64,000 nucleotides of DNA, taken from the human T2T-CHM13v2.0 reference genome, Homo sapiens. The DNA is taken from assembly GCF_009914755.1 (NCBI RefSeq), contig NC_060936.1. The stretch is one strand, 5' to 3'. Shown here piece by piece: positions 51,901 through 64,000 of the stretch (positions are counted from its first letter, which is position 1; each line of letters begins with the position of its first letter). Under the pieces are notes generated by a model that searched no databases, was not told the DNA's origin, and saw only the letters and a list, made by a program, of their open reading frames with translations. Made by a program: the position numbers and the translations under genes.

Positions 51901-53689
51901 CTTTCTGCCCCTAGATCCTTGGTTCTTAATCTTCTTTGTGATCAAGTCCCAAATCCTAGGAAAATTAGGGATTTTTTTTTAAATAAAATGCTCATGTTAA
52001 AATGTTGCATAAAATTTCAAGCAATTCATGGTCTCCTAAAGCTCCACTGGACCAAGTCACCCTGTTCTTCACAGAATGTTTGCCATATAGATTCTGGCCT
52101 TTATGTTGTGAATTTGCTTTATGTTTTGACACAATGGAAGTATTCAGATATTACTAACAAAACTTTAATAAATGTCAAAACTGGCAAAACTGGGCATTTT
52201 ACAGGGGGTCAGTATCTGTTAAAGTACACATACTCACAGAAAGACACACAAGAGCACAGCATAAATAAGCAAGAAATGGAAATATAATTGACAATATGTA
52301 TTACCTAAGAAGCTCTGGATACAGATTCCAAAGAGATGGTACTTAAATCTTGATCTTTTTCAAAGTTCTGAGATGTAATTACCCAATTAATTTAGGTAAA
52401 TAAGGACAACTCTGTTGGGTGGCTTTCTTAAAACTACCTTTTATTGGCATTCTGAAAATGAAAAACCTTATGAGGGAACTAGAAGAATTTACCTCACTGA
52501 ATGTGAAATCTCTTTAAGGTCATCATTTTCAGGCCATCTTTGGTAATACCTTTTAATCCAAGACACTGATACTCACACTGACATAACTTTGTTCTAAAAT
52601 CTGACAAACATTTATGAATTTGAGTAACTAAGACAAACACACCCCAGGTGTTCCTTTGCACTGCAAACAACCATTTGCTAGAATTGCAAAATGTTGATGA
52701 AAACTTCAAGTTGCAAAGAAAACTGTGGCAGTCATGTTTGAAATATTATTTTAAAATCTACCCTTCCAATGGAATCTTTACATACAAGACTTCAAATGAA
52801 ACTTGGTTTGTTTAAAGTTGAAGGATGGTATTTAATACTCCATTTATATGCAAAATAAGGCAAGTGTGCCTTTAAAAAGACAGGCAACTCTTAGCAATGT
52901 GTATTAATAAACAAGCACAGAGAAATAAATACTATACTAGATTGCTGTTCTTTCTTCAGCGGAGTAGGAGAAATCACCTAGGCTCTAACTCTAAGAGGAA
53001 AGAGCAATAGGGAAGAGTATATATATATGGAAAAAAAGAAGAAAAATCAGGGTCAGCACACAGGTGAGCTAGGGAGCTCAGGTAAAATGTACTGCATGAA
53101 AAGTATTATACTTGGTGACCCCCCCAAGAGAGAAGCCACAGCAGAAGCCAGCACATCCCATGTCCTATTGCGACATCTGTGGTTCCAATTATTCCAGCAG
53201 TGTAGTCTGGCTACTCAGGTCAAGAACAATGTGCTGCAAATACTACGTACTCAATATTATTTCACAAAATTGAAAATAATTTATACTGGAATTGGAAGAA
53301 AAGCATGGAAACTCCCCATATCCTGAATTTACTTGTGTTTTGTATCTATTTTTTTGTATACTCTATAGTTATAAGCTTTCAATGTGTATCTGTTGAATAT
53401 ATAATCTACTTACAGTTAATCAGGAGGCAATCAAATTATTTCCTAGTAGTTCTTACACAGTCTTAGTAGGCTGGAAGGGTTCTTACAGATATAAGGAAAT
53501 TGGATCCTAATGATATTAGGTAACTTGCCTTAGGTTACACATAGTTATTGAGACAGTGAGACACAGACTAGTCAATGGACTAAAAATTCTGTATTCTTTA
53601 TGTTACAATATTTTCTTATTTAAGGATATCACCAGTGTATAATCACTGCTATTATCATTTTCATCATCAGCTACATTTAATTTTTGCCA

Positions 53690-54469
53690 CAACTCTGTAA
53701 TGTAGGTATTAGTCCCATTGCATAGACAAAGGCACTTAAGTTTCAGAGAGACAGTGAACTGCCCAAGGTCACACAGCTTTTTTTAGTAATGAAAAAAATC
53801 AGAATTTGAATCCAGTCTGTTAAGGAGAATATAAATGTAGATCATGCTGCTACTACTAATTTATTCATTGAAGAAATATTTGAGTACCTACTATGTGCCG
53901 GCACCATTCTAGAAGCTGGAAAAGCAGTAGTGATGAAAACAATGTCCCTGCTCTCTTGGAGCTTACATTGGGTTGAGGGGAAGGTGGTGGGAAAGAAAAG
54001 GAGAGACCAAAAAATAAAAACCAAATAACTATATCAGATAGTATTAAGAGCTATGAAGCAGGTAAGGAAGACAGAGAGAAAGACAGAGGAAGAAGGAAGA
54101 TGCTGTTTTACAATGTGAAGACAAGGAAAGCCTCCCTGGTTAGGCAACATCTAGGTGGTGAAGAAGCAAGTTATGTGGATACGTGAGGGAAGACTGAGCC
54201 AAACTCAGACAAGTGCAGAAACCCTGAGCAAGATGTGAGTTTGCTCAAAGAGTGAGAAGGCCAAAGGGAGCAAAGTGAACAGGAGGAAAAATACAGGTCA
54301 TGGCTGTGAAAAGACTGCAGGATCCAGATCATACAGAGCTCTGAATGGGTAGAAAGCAGAAAGACCAGTTAGCAACCTAGCACAGAAATGGAGCCTAGAA
54401 AAATCATGGCTTGGACTGGAATAGTCACAGTGGATGTCATAAGAATTGATCAGATTCTGCATGTATTTG

Positions 54470-54490
<21 letters not shown>
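53690..54490. mobile_element. MIR followed by an L2 fragment
   Basis: tgcccaaggtcacacagc (MIR); tatttgagtacctactatgtgccggcacc...ctgctctcttggagcttacatt (L2). Confidence 0.65.
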
Positions 54491-54867
<377 letters not shown>

Positions 54868-55528
54868 TCATACAAACAAAATAGTTTAAAATTCATCATT
54901 TTTCAAGTATTTCAAAATCAAATAAGCACTATTTAAAATACATTTATAATTATACTAAAATTATTCAAAACCTCAACTTAACATATACCAATGTAACAAA
55001 AATTTTCTCAAACTAATTGGCAGAATTCAAACGAAAGATAGTGTTCCAGGAAATATGCAACAAAGGCATCTAGACAAACAACATATGAATGACCATCAAT
55101 AAAATAAAGTTTATACACTTCTCTCACGACAGAAAGTACCTAAGGCATTCATTTGATGTCTATTTACTCTTAACACTGACTTATTTCAAACATTTTGGAA
55201 GTTTCCAGTCTATAACAGATAAGAAAAAGCATATTAGAAACTAGAAGACAGGGCTCATTGATAGTAACAAGTAAAAATTGAAAATCTAAAATCAATGATT
55301 TTAAAAAAAGAAACAGGGAAAGATATGATTTCAAAATCCTCAGCTCATCTGCAGACTTTTTAAGTACGAGCAAAGAGGCTCTTGATCTCATGACACAATT
55401 AAGATTGTTAATGAAGTCTGCAGGTTGTCAAAAAAGTTTCTGGATGGTAATATCGATAGTACTCTTTCATGAGGGGAGGGAAACTAAAATCTTTTTTGAA
55501 AAAACATGTCTATTCAACATAATATATA

Positions 55529-55539
<11 letters not shown>

Positions 55540-55587
<48 letters not shown>

Positions 55588-55881
55588 TTTTTTTTTTTGA
55601 GACAAGGTCTTGCTCTGTCTCCCAGGCTGCAGTGCAATGGCACGATCTTGGCTCACCACAACCTCCGCCTCCCAAGCTCAAACAATTCTCCTGCCTCAGC
55701 CTCCCGAGTAGCTAGGACTTCAGGTGCACACCATGGCACCTGGCTAATTTTTGTACTTTTTGTAGAGACAGGGTTTCACCCGTGTTGTTCAGGCTCATCT
55801 CAAACTCCTGAGCTCAGGTGATCCAGCTACCTCAGCCTCCCAAACTGCTGGGATTACAGGCATAAGCGACCACACCTGACC
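55540..55881 (-). mobile_element. Alu (J/S) with a (CA)~20 microsatellite at its tail
   Basis: CA run 55540-55580; Alu 55586-55881. Confidence 0.9.
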
Positions 55882-55957
55882 TCAACATAATTAAAATGAA
55901 GACATTTTGGCATTTAAAGGATAAATTTCAGTTTTATAACATCTCATTTCGTACATA

Positions 55958-56318
55958 TAGATGCTGTTCGACTTATGATGGGGTTACATCCTGATAAACC
56001 CATCACAAATTGAAAATACCTAAGTCCATAACTTAGACTAGCCTAACTTAAGCATCCTCAACACACGTGCATTAGCCTACAGTTGGAAAAAATCATTTGG
56101 CGACACAGTACTCTGTAAAGAGGTTATTTACCCTCATGACCACATGACTGACTGGGAACTGTGGCTCAGTGCAGCTACCCAGCATTAAGAGTATCACACC
56201 ACATATCAGTAACCCAGGAAAAGATCAAAATTCAAAGTACATAAATGCATATATGGCTTTCACACCATCGGACAGTCAAAAAATAGTAAGTCAAACCACC
56301 TTAAGTTGGGGAACATCT
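55958..56318 (+). mobile_element. MER47-type Tigger MITE
   Basis: agatgctgttcgacttatgatgg at left and ccttaagttggggaacatct at right form imperfect TIRs, flanked by TA. Confidence 0.75.
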
Positions 56319-57622
56319 AGCTTAAATGTGGTAAGGACTATATTCGACAAACAATTAGGGAAAAAAACTATTTTCTTCATATATGAAATAATACTCTCTG
56401 GGCACAATGATAGCCAAGAAAGTTAAAGAAGAAAGAAATGCTTGCTGTCATACGCTTATTTTCATTTCATCTGACAAATAATAAAATTAAATATAGGCTC
56501 TTCTGAAAATGTCACAAATAAATCTTTTGTCATCATTCAACTTGCCCTGAAAATAATCACTCTAAAGGACCTCAATGGAAAGTTTCACATCAGGACTGTA
56601 TGCTATATTCAACTGCAATCATCTCACTTATTCTGTCACTGTGTAAAATACATTAAGGATGGAAGGATGGCAACATAAATAGTCTCACAATGAACTGCTT
56701 CATGTTTAAGGTACAATGATACTGACAACTTTTAATTCAGAAAACCAGTAAATACTGACAGAGCGTCATGTAACAAAATAAAAAGTAACTTCTACTCTTC
56801 AAAACATACCATTGTACTCCTGTACCACTGGCTGGGGAAAAAAAAAATCACCATCTTGGATTTGGATATTGATTTTAACTACAAATTAAATGCCCGCTAA
56901 TGTCCCCCCCACCCAAATCATTTTATAACTATTCCAAAGGAAAAAGAAACACTTTGAACTATACAAAATAAATAAAAACAATTAAACAGGTATGTTTGCT
57001 ACAAGTTAGGCACTAAGAACTAAGAAGAATAAGTGTATCTGAATAAAATGGAAACCAAGAATTTTCATAAGGCAATACCCGTAGGAGTACCAGTCAGGTC
57101 TGCCAACACTTATCTTTCTCTAATGAACCCAGGGAAATAATTCTGTAAAGGCATGTATACCTTTACAGTTGGATTTTACTACTCTGGCAAGAAGCTGTCG
57201 TAAGATACATCAGTATGGTATTTCTGTTCAAACAGGATTTGTGACTTTAAGACCTCAAATCCCAGTGTAAGGAATGTACTATCTTGAAAGAAATTATTCT
57301 TTCTGGTTTGAGATGACTTTACGCTCAGAAACTCAAATACATATATTTTTATTTTGCATATTCTATTATGTGGCATTTTAAGAGTTAAGACATTTCAGAT
57401 AGGTGACTTGACTCCCAAAGAATAAATACCCCTTTGTAAATGTGGTAGCATACGTATTGCTTATGAATCAATAGCTTTCTTCTTTACTAAAAGAATAAAT
57501 ACTCTTGGGATTACACAAATGCATCAGCATTAGCTTGGGGGGCATACATTTATGCTCTAAAAATCAAAGGCTTGTCAACTGCACTTTAAAAAAGTATGCC
57601 ATACTCTACTGGGAAGTAATTA

Positions 57623-57883
<261 letters not shown>

Positions 57884-60499
57884 CTAATAATAATTTTAAA
57901 GAAAGCATACAAGGTTAAATTATTAAATTTTCAGTCATGAACATGCTTTACAAGTCAGTAAAATTAAAAAATGCACAAAATCAAAGCTCAGGTGCTGAAA
58001 CAAAGTACAAAGGAAAAAATTTTAAGTATCACTATCTTTTTGTTCTTAGTGGGACTCAAATGTGAGGTCAAGGACTGTGTCCTGTTTTCCCTGTATCTCC
58101 ACGTGGTGTCTAGAACAGGGCTTAATCAGTTGCTGACTAAAATTTAAAATTATAATACTGTAAGTACTAAACATACATCAAGTATTTTAAAATTCATCAT
58201 AACATTATAGGGGTTCATGACCAAAACTCTGACTACTCCAAAGCTTTTCCTCACATGACTGTAATTCTTGAGCTAGTCTATACTAATAAAATTATCTATG
58301 TCAGGGCAACTTAATTCACACAAAAACTGCCTGTCTGTGTACATAAAAGCAAATGTGATTGATGAGAGTTTTTAAATGATAGCTGAGAGTTTATTAAAGT
58401 CCTAATTGTAATGATGGCCTAGTTCTTAGTTCTTAGATTCAAGAAGAATTGAAAAATCATTACTCCAGGGCAGGTGTTAAAGTCACTGGGGAACTTGCAG
58501 AGCAGAGACACCAGTGGTCTTGTCATTCATGCCAATTATCACTGCTGGACTTCGTGGGCCTCCAAATCAGTGGGTTTCAAACTGTTTCCTAACCTCTGAG
58601 GCATTTCAGAAGCTCCTCACCTCTGGAGACCAGGGGCAAGCAATCAGGGTCTAGAACTCATTCTTTCCCTTTCCTGATCTCCCCAACTATCTATCCCCTA
58701 CCACCACCCCCACCAAATTTCTGGCATTAACCATACGCTTCTATTTTTAGTCTCTTTCTGGGGTTTCTTCAAATGATTCAACTTAAGTAAATGATTCAGC
58801 TGGGTTTTTTGTTTGTTAAGAAGAAGTTGAAAACCACTGCTCAAAACAGGACAAGAGGTTGTTTGTAGCCAGGATGAACATCAAAGACTCACTGTAAGCT
58901 CCCCGGCCCTGCAAAAAAAAAAAAAAAAAACAAAAACAGAAAAAACTAAAGAAATGCTCCAAAACCTTAGGCAAAAGTGGTCCAAGAAACAACTGTTTGA
59001 TCACAGCACTATCAATGAATCTAAAAAGTTTAAGACCTCCACCCCAGGGCAGGATCTGTTCTCCACACCTGTAAAATGGGAAACTGAATTACATGCACTC
59101 TAACAACCTTTTTAGTTTTAACACATAGTGATTCCAGTTTGTTTTTGGACATGCTGAATTTAAATGCCAATGAGAAATATAGGTAGAGCTATCCAGCAGA
59201 CAAATATTATTTTGCAGAGAATAAAATTTATCCTTGAAGGCAGCTGTGGCATTTAGAGTTAAGTCCTCAAAAGCCCAACTAATTAGTATTTCTCTCCTAT
59301 TTTTCCTCCCACGCTTTACAAATAACTATTACTTCCTGGTTTGGTCCCGGATTACTTTTTTATCCACTGTATTCTGTCCTCAGTTTAAATGAAGAACTTG
59401 GGCTAGCTGATCTTTAAGATACTGTTTACCTTTTACATGAGGTAACCTGATATGGTTTTAATGTGCTATATTAGAGGTGTGATGGCTCATCTAAGGTCAG
59501 GAGTCAATGTGTAACTCAAGTTCAGACAATGGTGCCCTTTACTGAGTACTTACTATGGATCAAATACTGAGCTAAGTGCTCTACATGTAAAATCAACATT
59601 AACAATAATTTCTCTTGTAGTCCCCATTTTACACATAGGGTCACACAGTTCACAATGTTCTTGACCTGCATACTTCCCATATTATTGCTTTCTTTCCACG
59701 TTTTGGGAGGCATCTGTGTGATAGCTGAAGTGATAGTTGAAGCTATGAGACTGGATGACAGCTAGCTGATGACTGAAAATTAGATTCCATGTTTATAACT
59801 CCTAAACCAGACATATCAAATCATTCTTACAAAACTGCCATCTAATTTTGCTATTCATTTATTTATTCAGGCAACAAATATTTACTGAGTACTTACTAAG
59901 TACCCAAAACTGTTTTAGGTAGTAAGGATACAACCCAGCAGATAAGCAAACACAAAACCTCTGCTGATGCAGAGCTTATTACATTCAATCACTGCCATAA
60001 CACCACTTGTGTCCCAGACATTTGGCACAGATCTTGGATACAGCCTCAGCTCTTTCTTTTTCCGCCATTCTCAATCAGACTTACATGTCATCTTCCTTGA
60101 TGTCCTCAATTTCTTGTGCTCTCAATCTTTCCTCTAAATTTCCAAAGGGCTTTGTTTAAATTTCTCTTTTATGAACTTTATTTAAATCTGCCTGTATTGC
60201 AGCTACCTCTACATTTACTCTATTCTATTCTAAATACAAACTTACTTGACAGATAAGACAATGTGTTAACTAATATTACTTTTTAAAAAGTTATTGAAGT
60301 AAAGGAAACTAAACAGAAACAATAGGGACTAGGAATAGTGACTGATTTCCTTTTCAAAAAATGATAGCACTTCAATTCCCCAAGGCACACAAGAGGGAAA
60401 GGTAGTGTTACCTAATTACTCCATCCTTCTTTGTTGTTATTACCTTTACGATATAACATAGGGATATGGGTAAGAGAAAAGGCTCTGGAATCAAACTGC

Positions 60500-63400
60500 C
60501 TAGGTTTCTTTTTTCTTTTGGTATTTTAAAGATATTGCTTTACTGTCTTCTGGCTTTTATTACTTGTAAAAATAAGTCTGTCGTCATTATCTGTTCCTCT
60601 GTATAAGATGTCTTTTCTTTCTTCAGTTACTTCTTTTAAAATTAAACTTTTTCAGATAATGGCAGGTTCACAAGGAATTATTATAAGGATTAATATAGCG
60701 GGATCCTGTATATCCTTTAACCAAGATTCCCCTATTGGTAACATTCCTCTTCCCTTTTTGGGGAAGACATTATGTAGAATTGGTACTGATACTTCTTTAA
60801 ACACCTGGTAAAATTCTCTAGTTAACTATTCATTTTGGGAGTTTTAAAATTACAGATTGAATTTCCCTAACAGTAATAGGTCTATACAAACTGCCAATTT
60901 CACATTAAATGAGTTGTGGTCGTTTGTGCCTTTTAAGAAATTGATTCATTTCATCTGCATTGTCAAATTTATTAGAGTAGAGTTGTTCAAAGGATTATCT
61001 GATTTCCCTTCTAATGTCTGCAAGGTCATGAGTGATACTCTTTCATTCCTGAGATAGGTAAAATTTTTATCTTCCATCTTTTTTGTTAGTTTTGCTAAAA
61101 GTTGGTCAATTTTATTGTCTTTTCAAAGAACCAGCTCTTTGTTTCACTGATTTTCTCTATTATTTTTGTTTTCAATTTCTGCTATGTTTATTATTTCCCT
61201 CCTTCTGCTTGCTTTACTTTTATTTTGATACTCTTTTTCTAGGTTCTTGAGGTGGGAGCTTACATTACTGACTTGTTCCCTCATTTCTAATGCATGTATT
61301 TAGTGCTATAAATGTTTCTTGGCACTGCTTTAGCTGTGTCCTAAAATTTTTGATATGCTGCATTTTCATTTTCATCCAATGTATTTTTTGAAATGTAATC
61401 TCATTGAAATGTTTTTCTTTGAAATTTCCACCTTGACCCATAAATTTTTTTAAGTATGTCATTTCATTTCCAAGTGTTTGAAGATTTCCCTGTTATTTTC
61501 TGTTATTAATTTCTAGTTTGATTCTATTGTGGTCAGAAAACTCACTCATTATGATTTCAAGTTGTATAAGTTTGTTGAGGTTTATTTCATAGCCCAGGAT
61601 ATGGTCTATCTTGTATATGTTCAGTGAGCATTTATATACATTCAGCGAATACTTCAAAAGAACATGTCTGGGTGTTCTCCTTGGGTGGCATGTTTTATAA
61701 ATGTTATTTAGGTTCTGATGGTTGATGGTGTTATTGCGTTCTTATTTATCCTTGCTGATTTTTAATTGTTCTATCACTTGTTGAGAGAGGGGTATGAAGT
61801 CACCAACTATAATTATAGATTTGTCTATTTCACCTTTTAGTTCTTTCAATTTTTGCTTCAAACATTTTGCACCTCTGGTGCACATACATTTAGTATTCCT
61901 GTGTCTTCTTGCTGGGTTGACCTCTTTTGTCACTATATAATCTCTTTCTATATAAATCTGGTATTTTTCTTTGTTATTTTCCTTTGCCCTGAAGTCTGCT
62001 CTATCTGATATTAATACTGATGCTCCTGCTTTTAATTAATGATTCCATGATATAGCTTTGTATATCCTTTTATTTACAAACTGCCTATACTGTTATACTT
62101 GGAGTTTCTTATAGACATCATACAGTTACCCCTTGACTTATGATGCAATTACATCCCAATAAACTCATGAAAAGTGAAAAATGCAGTTTATGCCGGCAAC
62201 ACAGCATATGGACCCTGACTTATGATGGTTCAAGTTACAACTTTTCAACTTTACAATGGTATAAAATGACATGCATTCAGTAGAAACCATATGTCATAAG
62301 GAGCACCCTGACTTACAATGGAGTTACATCCCAATAAACCCATTGTTAAGTTGAAAAATCATCCAAGTTCAAACACTGTAATCTGGGGACTGTCAGTACA
62401 GTTAGGTCATTTTTAAAAATCTACACTGTAAATATCTGTATTTTAATTCATGTATTCAGACCATTTACATTTATTATGATTGATACGTTAAGCCATTTTG
62501 GTCTGTTTCTTCTCTTAGTTTCTCTGTTTTCTTTTTCTTGCCTGTTACATGAACATATTTCAGGATTCCATTTTATCTATAATGTTTTAAATGTATCTCC
62601 TTGTATAGCTTTCTTAGTGGTTGTTCTAGTTATTATATTTATGTAACTTATCATGGTCTACTGAATTCATTTTGTCAGTTTGAGTGATATGTAGAAACTT
62701 CACCTCCTTTTATATCCCTTTGTCCTTGCTCATTTATAATATAATTACCTAAAATATTTTCTCTATATATTTAGAACCACATCAGAGTTAAAATTTTTAC
62801 TTCAACCACCAAACAAAATTTAGAAAATTCATGAAGCAAAAGGAAGTCTATTACATATACCCACAGTTCTGTTTACCATGTACATTTATCCTTCCTAATA
62901 CTTTGAGATTCCTTCTTTTTACTGTTTTCTTCCTATTTAGACAAACTTCTCTTTTGGATAGGTCTACTGGCAAAAAGTTCCTTCATTTTCCTTCATTTGA
63001 GAATGTCTTGATTTCCCCTACATTCCTGAAGGATATTTTTGCTGGATATAGAATTATGAGTTGACAGTCCTTATCTTTCAGCACTTGATAATGTGCCACT
63101 TCCTTCTGGCCTCTGATTTCTGATGAGAAATGAGCTAGTTTTCTAATTGTTTTCCCCAATGGGTAAGATATAATTTCTTGGGCTGCTTTCAAGATTTTCC
63201 TATAGTTTTTTTTTAAACCTGACTATGGTATCTCTTGCTGTGAATGTGTTCAGCTTCTTGAAGCTACATGTTTGTGCCTTTACCAAACTTGGAAAGTTTT
63301 TAGTCATTATTTCTTCCATTACCTTCTCACCCTGCCCTCTTTTCTCCTTTCAGGGACAGAAATCTTAGATCTTTTGTTATAGTCCTACAGGATACTGAGA

Positions 63401-64000
63401 ATCTGTTTATTTGCTTTTTAAATCTATTTTCTCTAGTCTGTTCAGATTGGGTAATTTCTAATGTTCTACCTTTAAGCTCAGTAGTTTTTTCCTCTATCCC
63501 TTCCATTCTGCAGTTGAGCCTGGCAACTCAGGCTTTCTTAGTCACTCTTTCAGTTCTAAAATTTCCAATTTTCTTCTCTTTATTCTCTGTTTCTTTGCTA
63601 AGTCTTTTGGGTTTTGTTTGTTTGTTTGTTTCAACCACGTTTATAATTCCTCATTGAATCATTCTTACCATGGCTGCTTTGAAATGTTTGTCAAATAATT
63701 CTAACACCTCTGCATCTCAGTGTTGGCATCTATTAGTGTGTTTTACATTCAGTTTCAGACCTTCCTAGTTCGTGGTGTGACAAGCAATTTTCAATGGAAA
63801 CTTGGACATTTGGGGAATTAAGTTATGAGACTCCAGATCTTAAACAAAGTTTGTATTAGCTGGCTTTTTGTGATATTGCTATGGTAGGGGATGGGTGGTG
63901 TTGCCACCTCATTACTACCACGAGGAGGTAGTAGTCCCGATTCTCCACTCTACTTCTGTTGATACCCAAGGTGGGAGGGCTTCTCATGATACCCATAATG
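60500..64000 (-). mobile_element. Old L1M (ORF1 and ORF2 5' part) interrupted by a MER47-like Tigger at about 62123-62396
   Basis: Peptides GEIDKSIIIVGDF (61742..61933) and ILYPAKISFRNVGEIKTFS (62983..63192); the Tigger has gacttatgatg repeats. Confidence 0.75.

Noticed and set aside
51859-53326. Plus-strand ORFs of 142 and 99 aa in unique-looking intron
   Set aside because: No recognisable domain or supported exon structure; expected by chance in 64 kb

Overview
Human genomic DNA (a human-specific AluYb8-type insertion is present). The window covers the middle of CEP83 (CCDC41, centriolar distal-appendage coiled-coil protein) on the minus strand. Eight internal coding exons (1158 nt, 386 codons) splice in frame with consistent phases; the start and stop exons lie outside the window. 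The rest is intron, mostly transposon fossils. A 32-kb intron holds a nested stack: an old L1 interrupted by an apparently full-length L1MA-type element, which in turn carries an internally deleted HERV-K(HML-3)/MER9 provirus, a 7SL retropseudogene and several Alus. Also present are an Hsmar1 mariner fragment, MaLR/MER21 LTRs, MER47 Tiggers and an old L1 5'UTR with six ~265-bp monomers. I found no convincing new multi-gene system. The best leads are small: a micro-inversion in the 3' LTR that creates a consensus NF-kB site, a tandem duplication that copies an exon end and its splice donor into the intron, and a GC splice donor next to an inverted Alu pair. Repeat subfamily names are by-eye recognition, not RepeatMasker output, and repeat boundaries are approximate.
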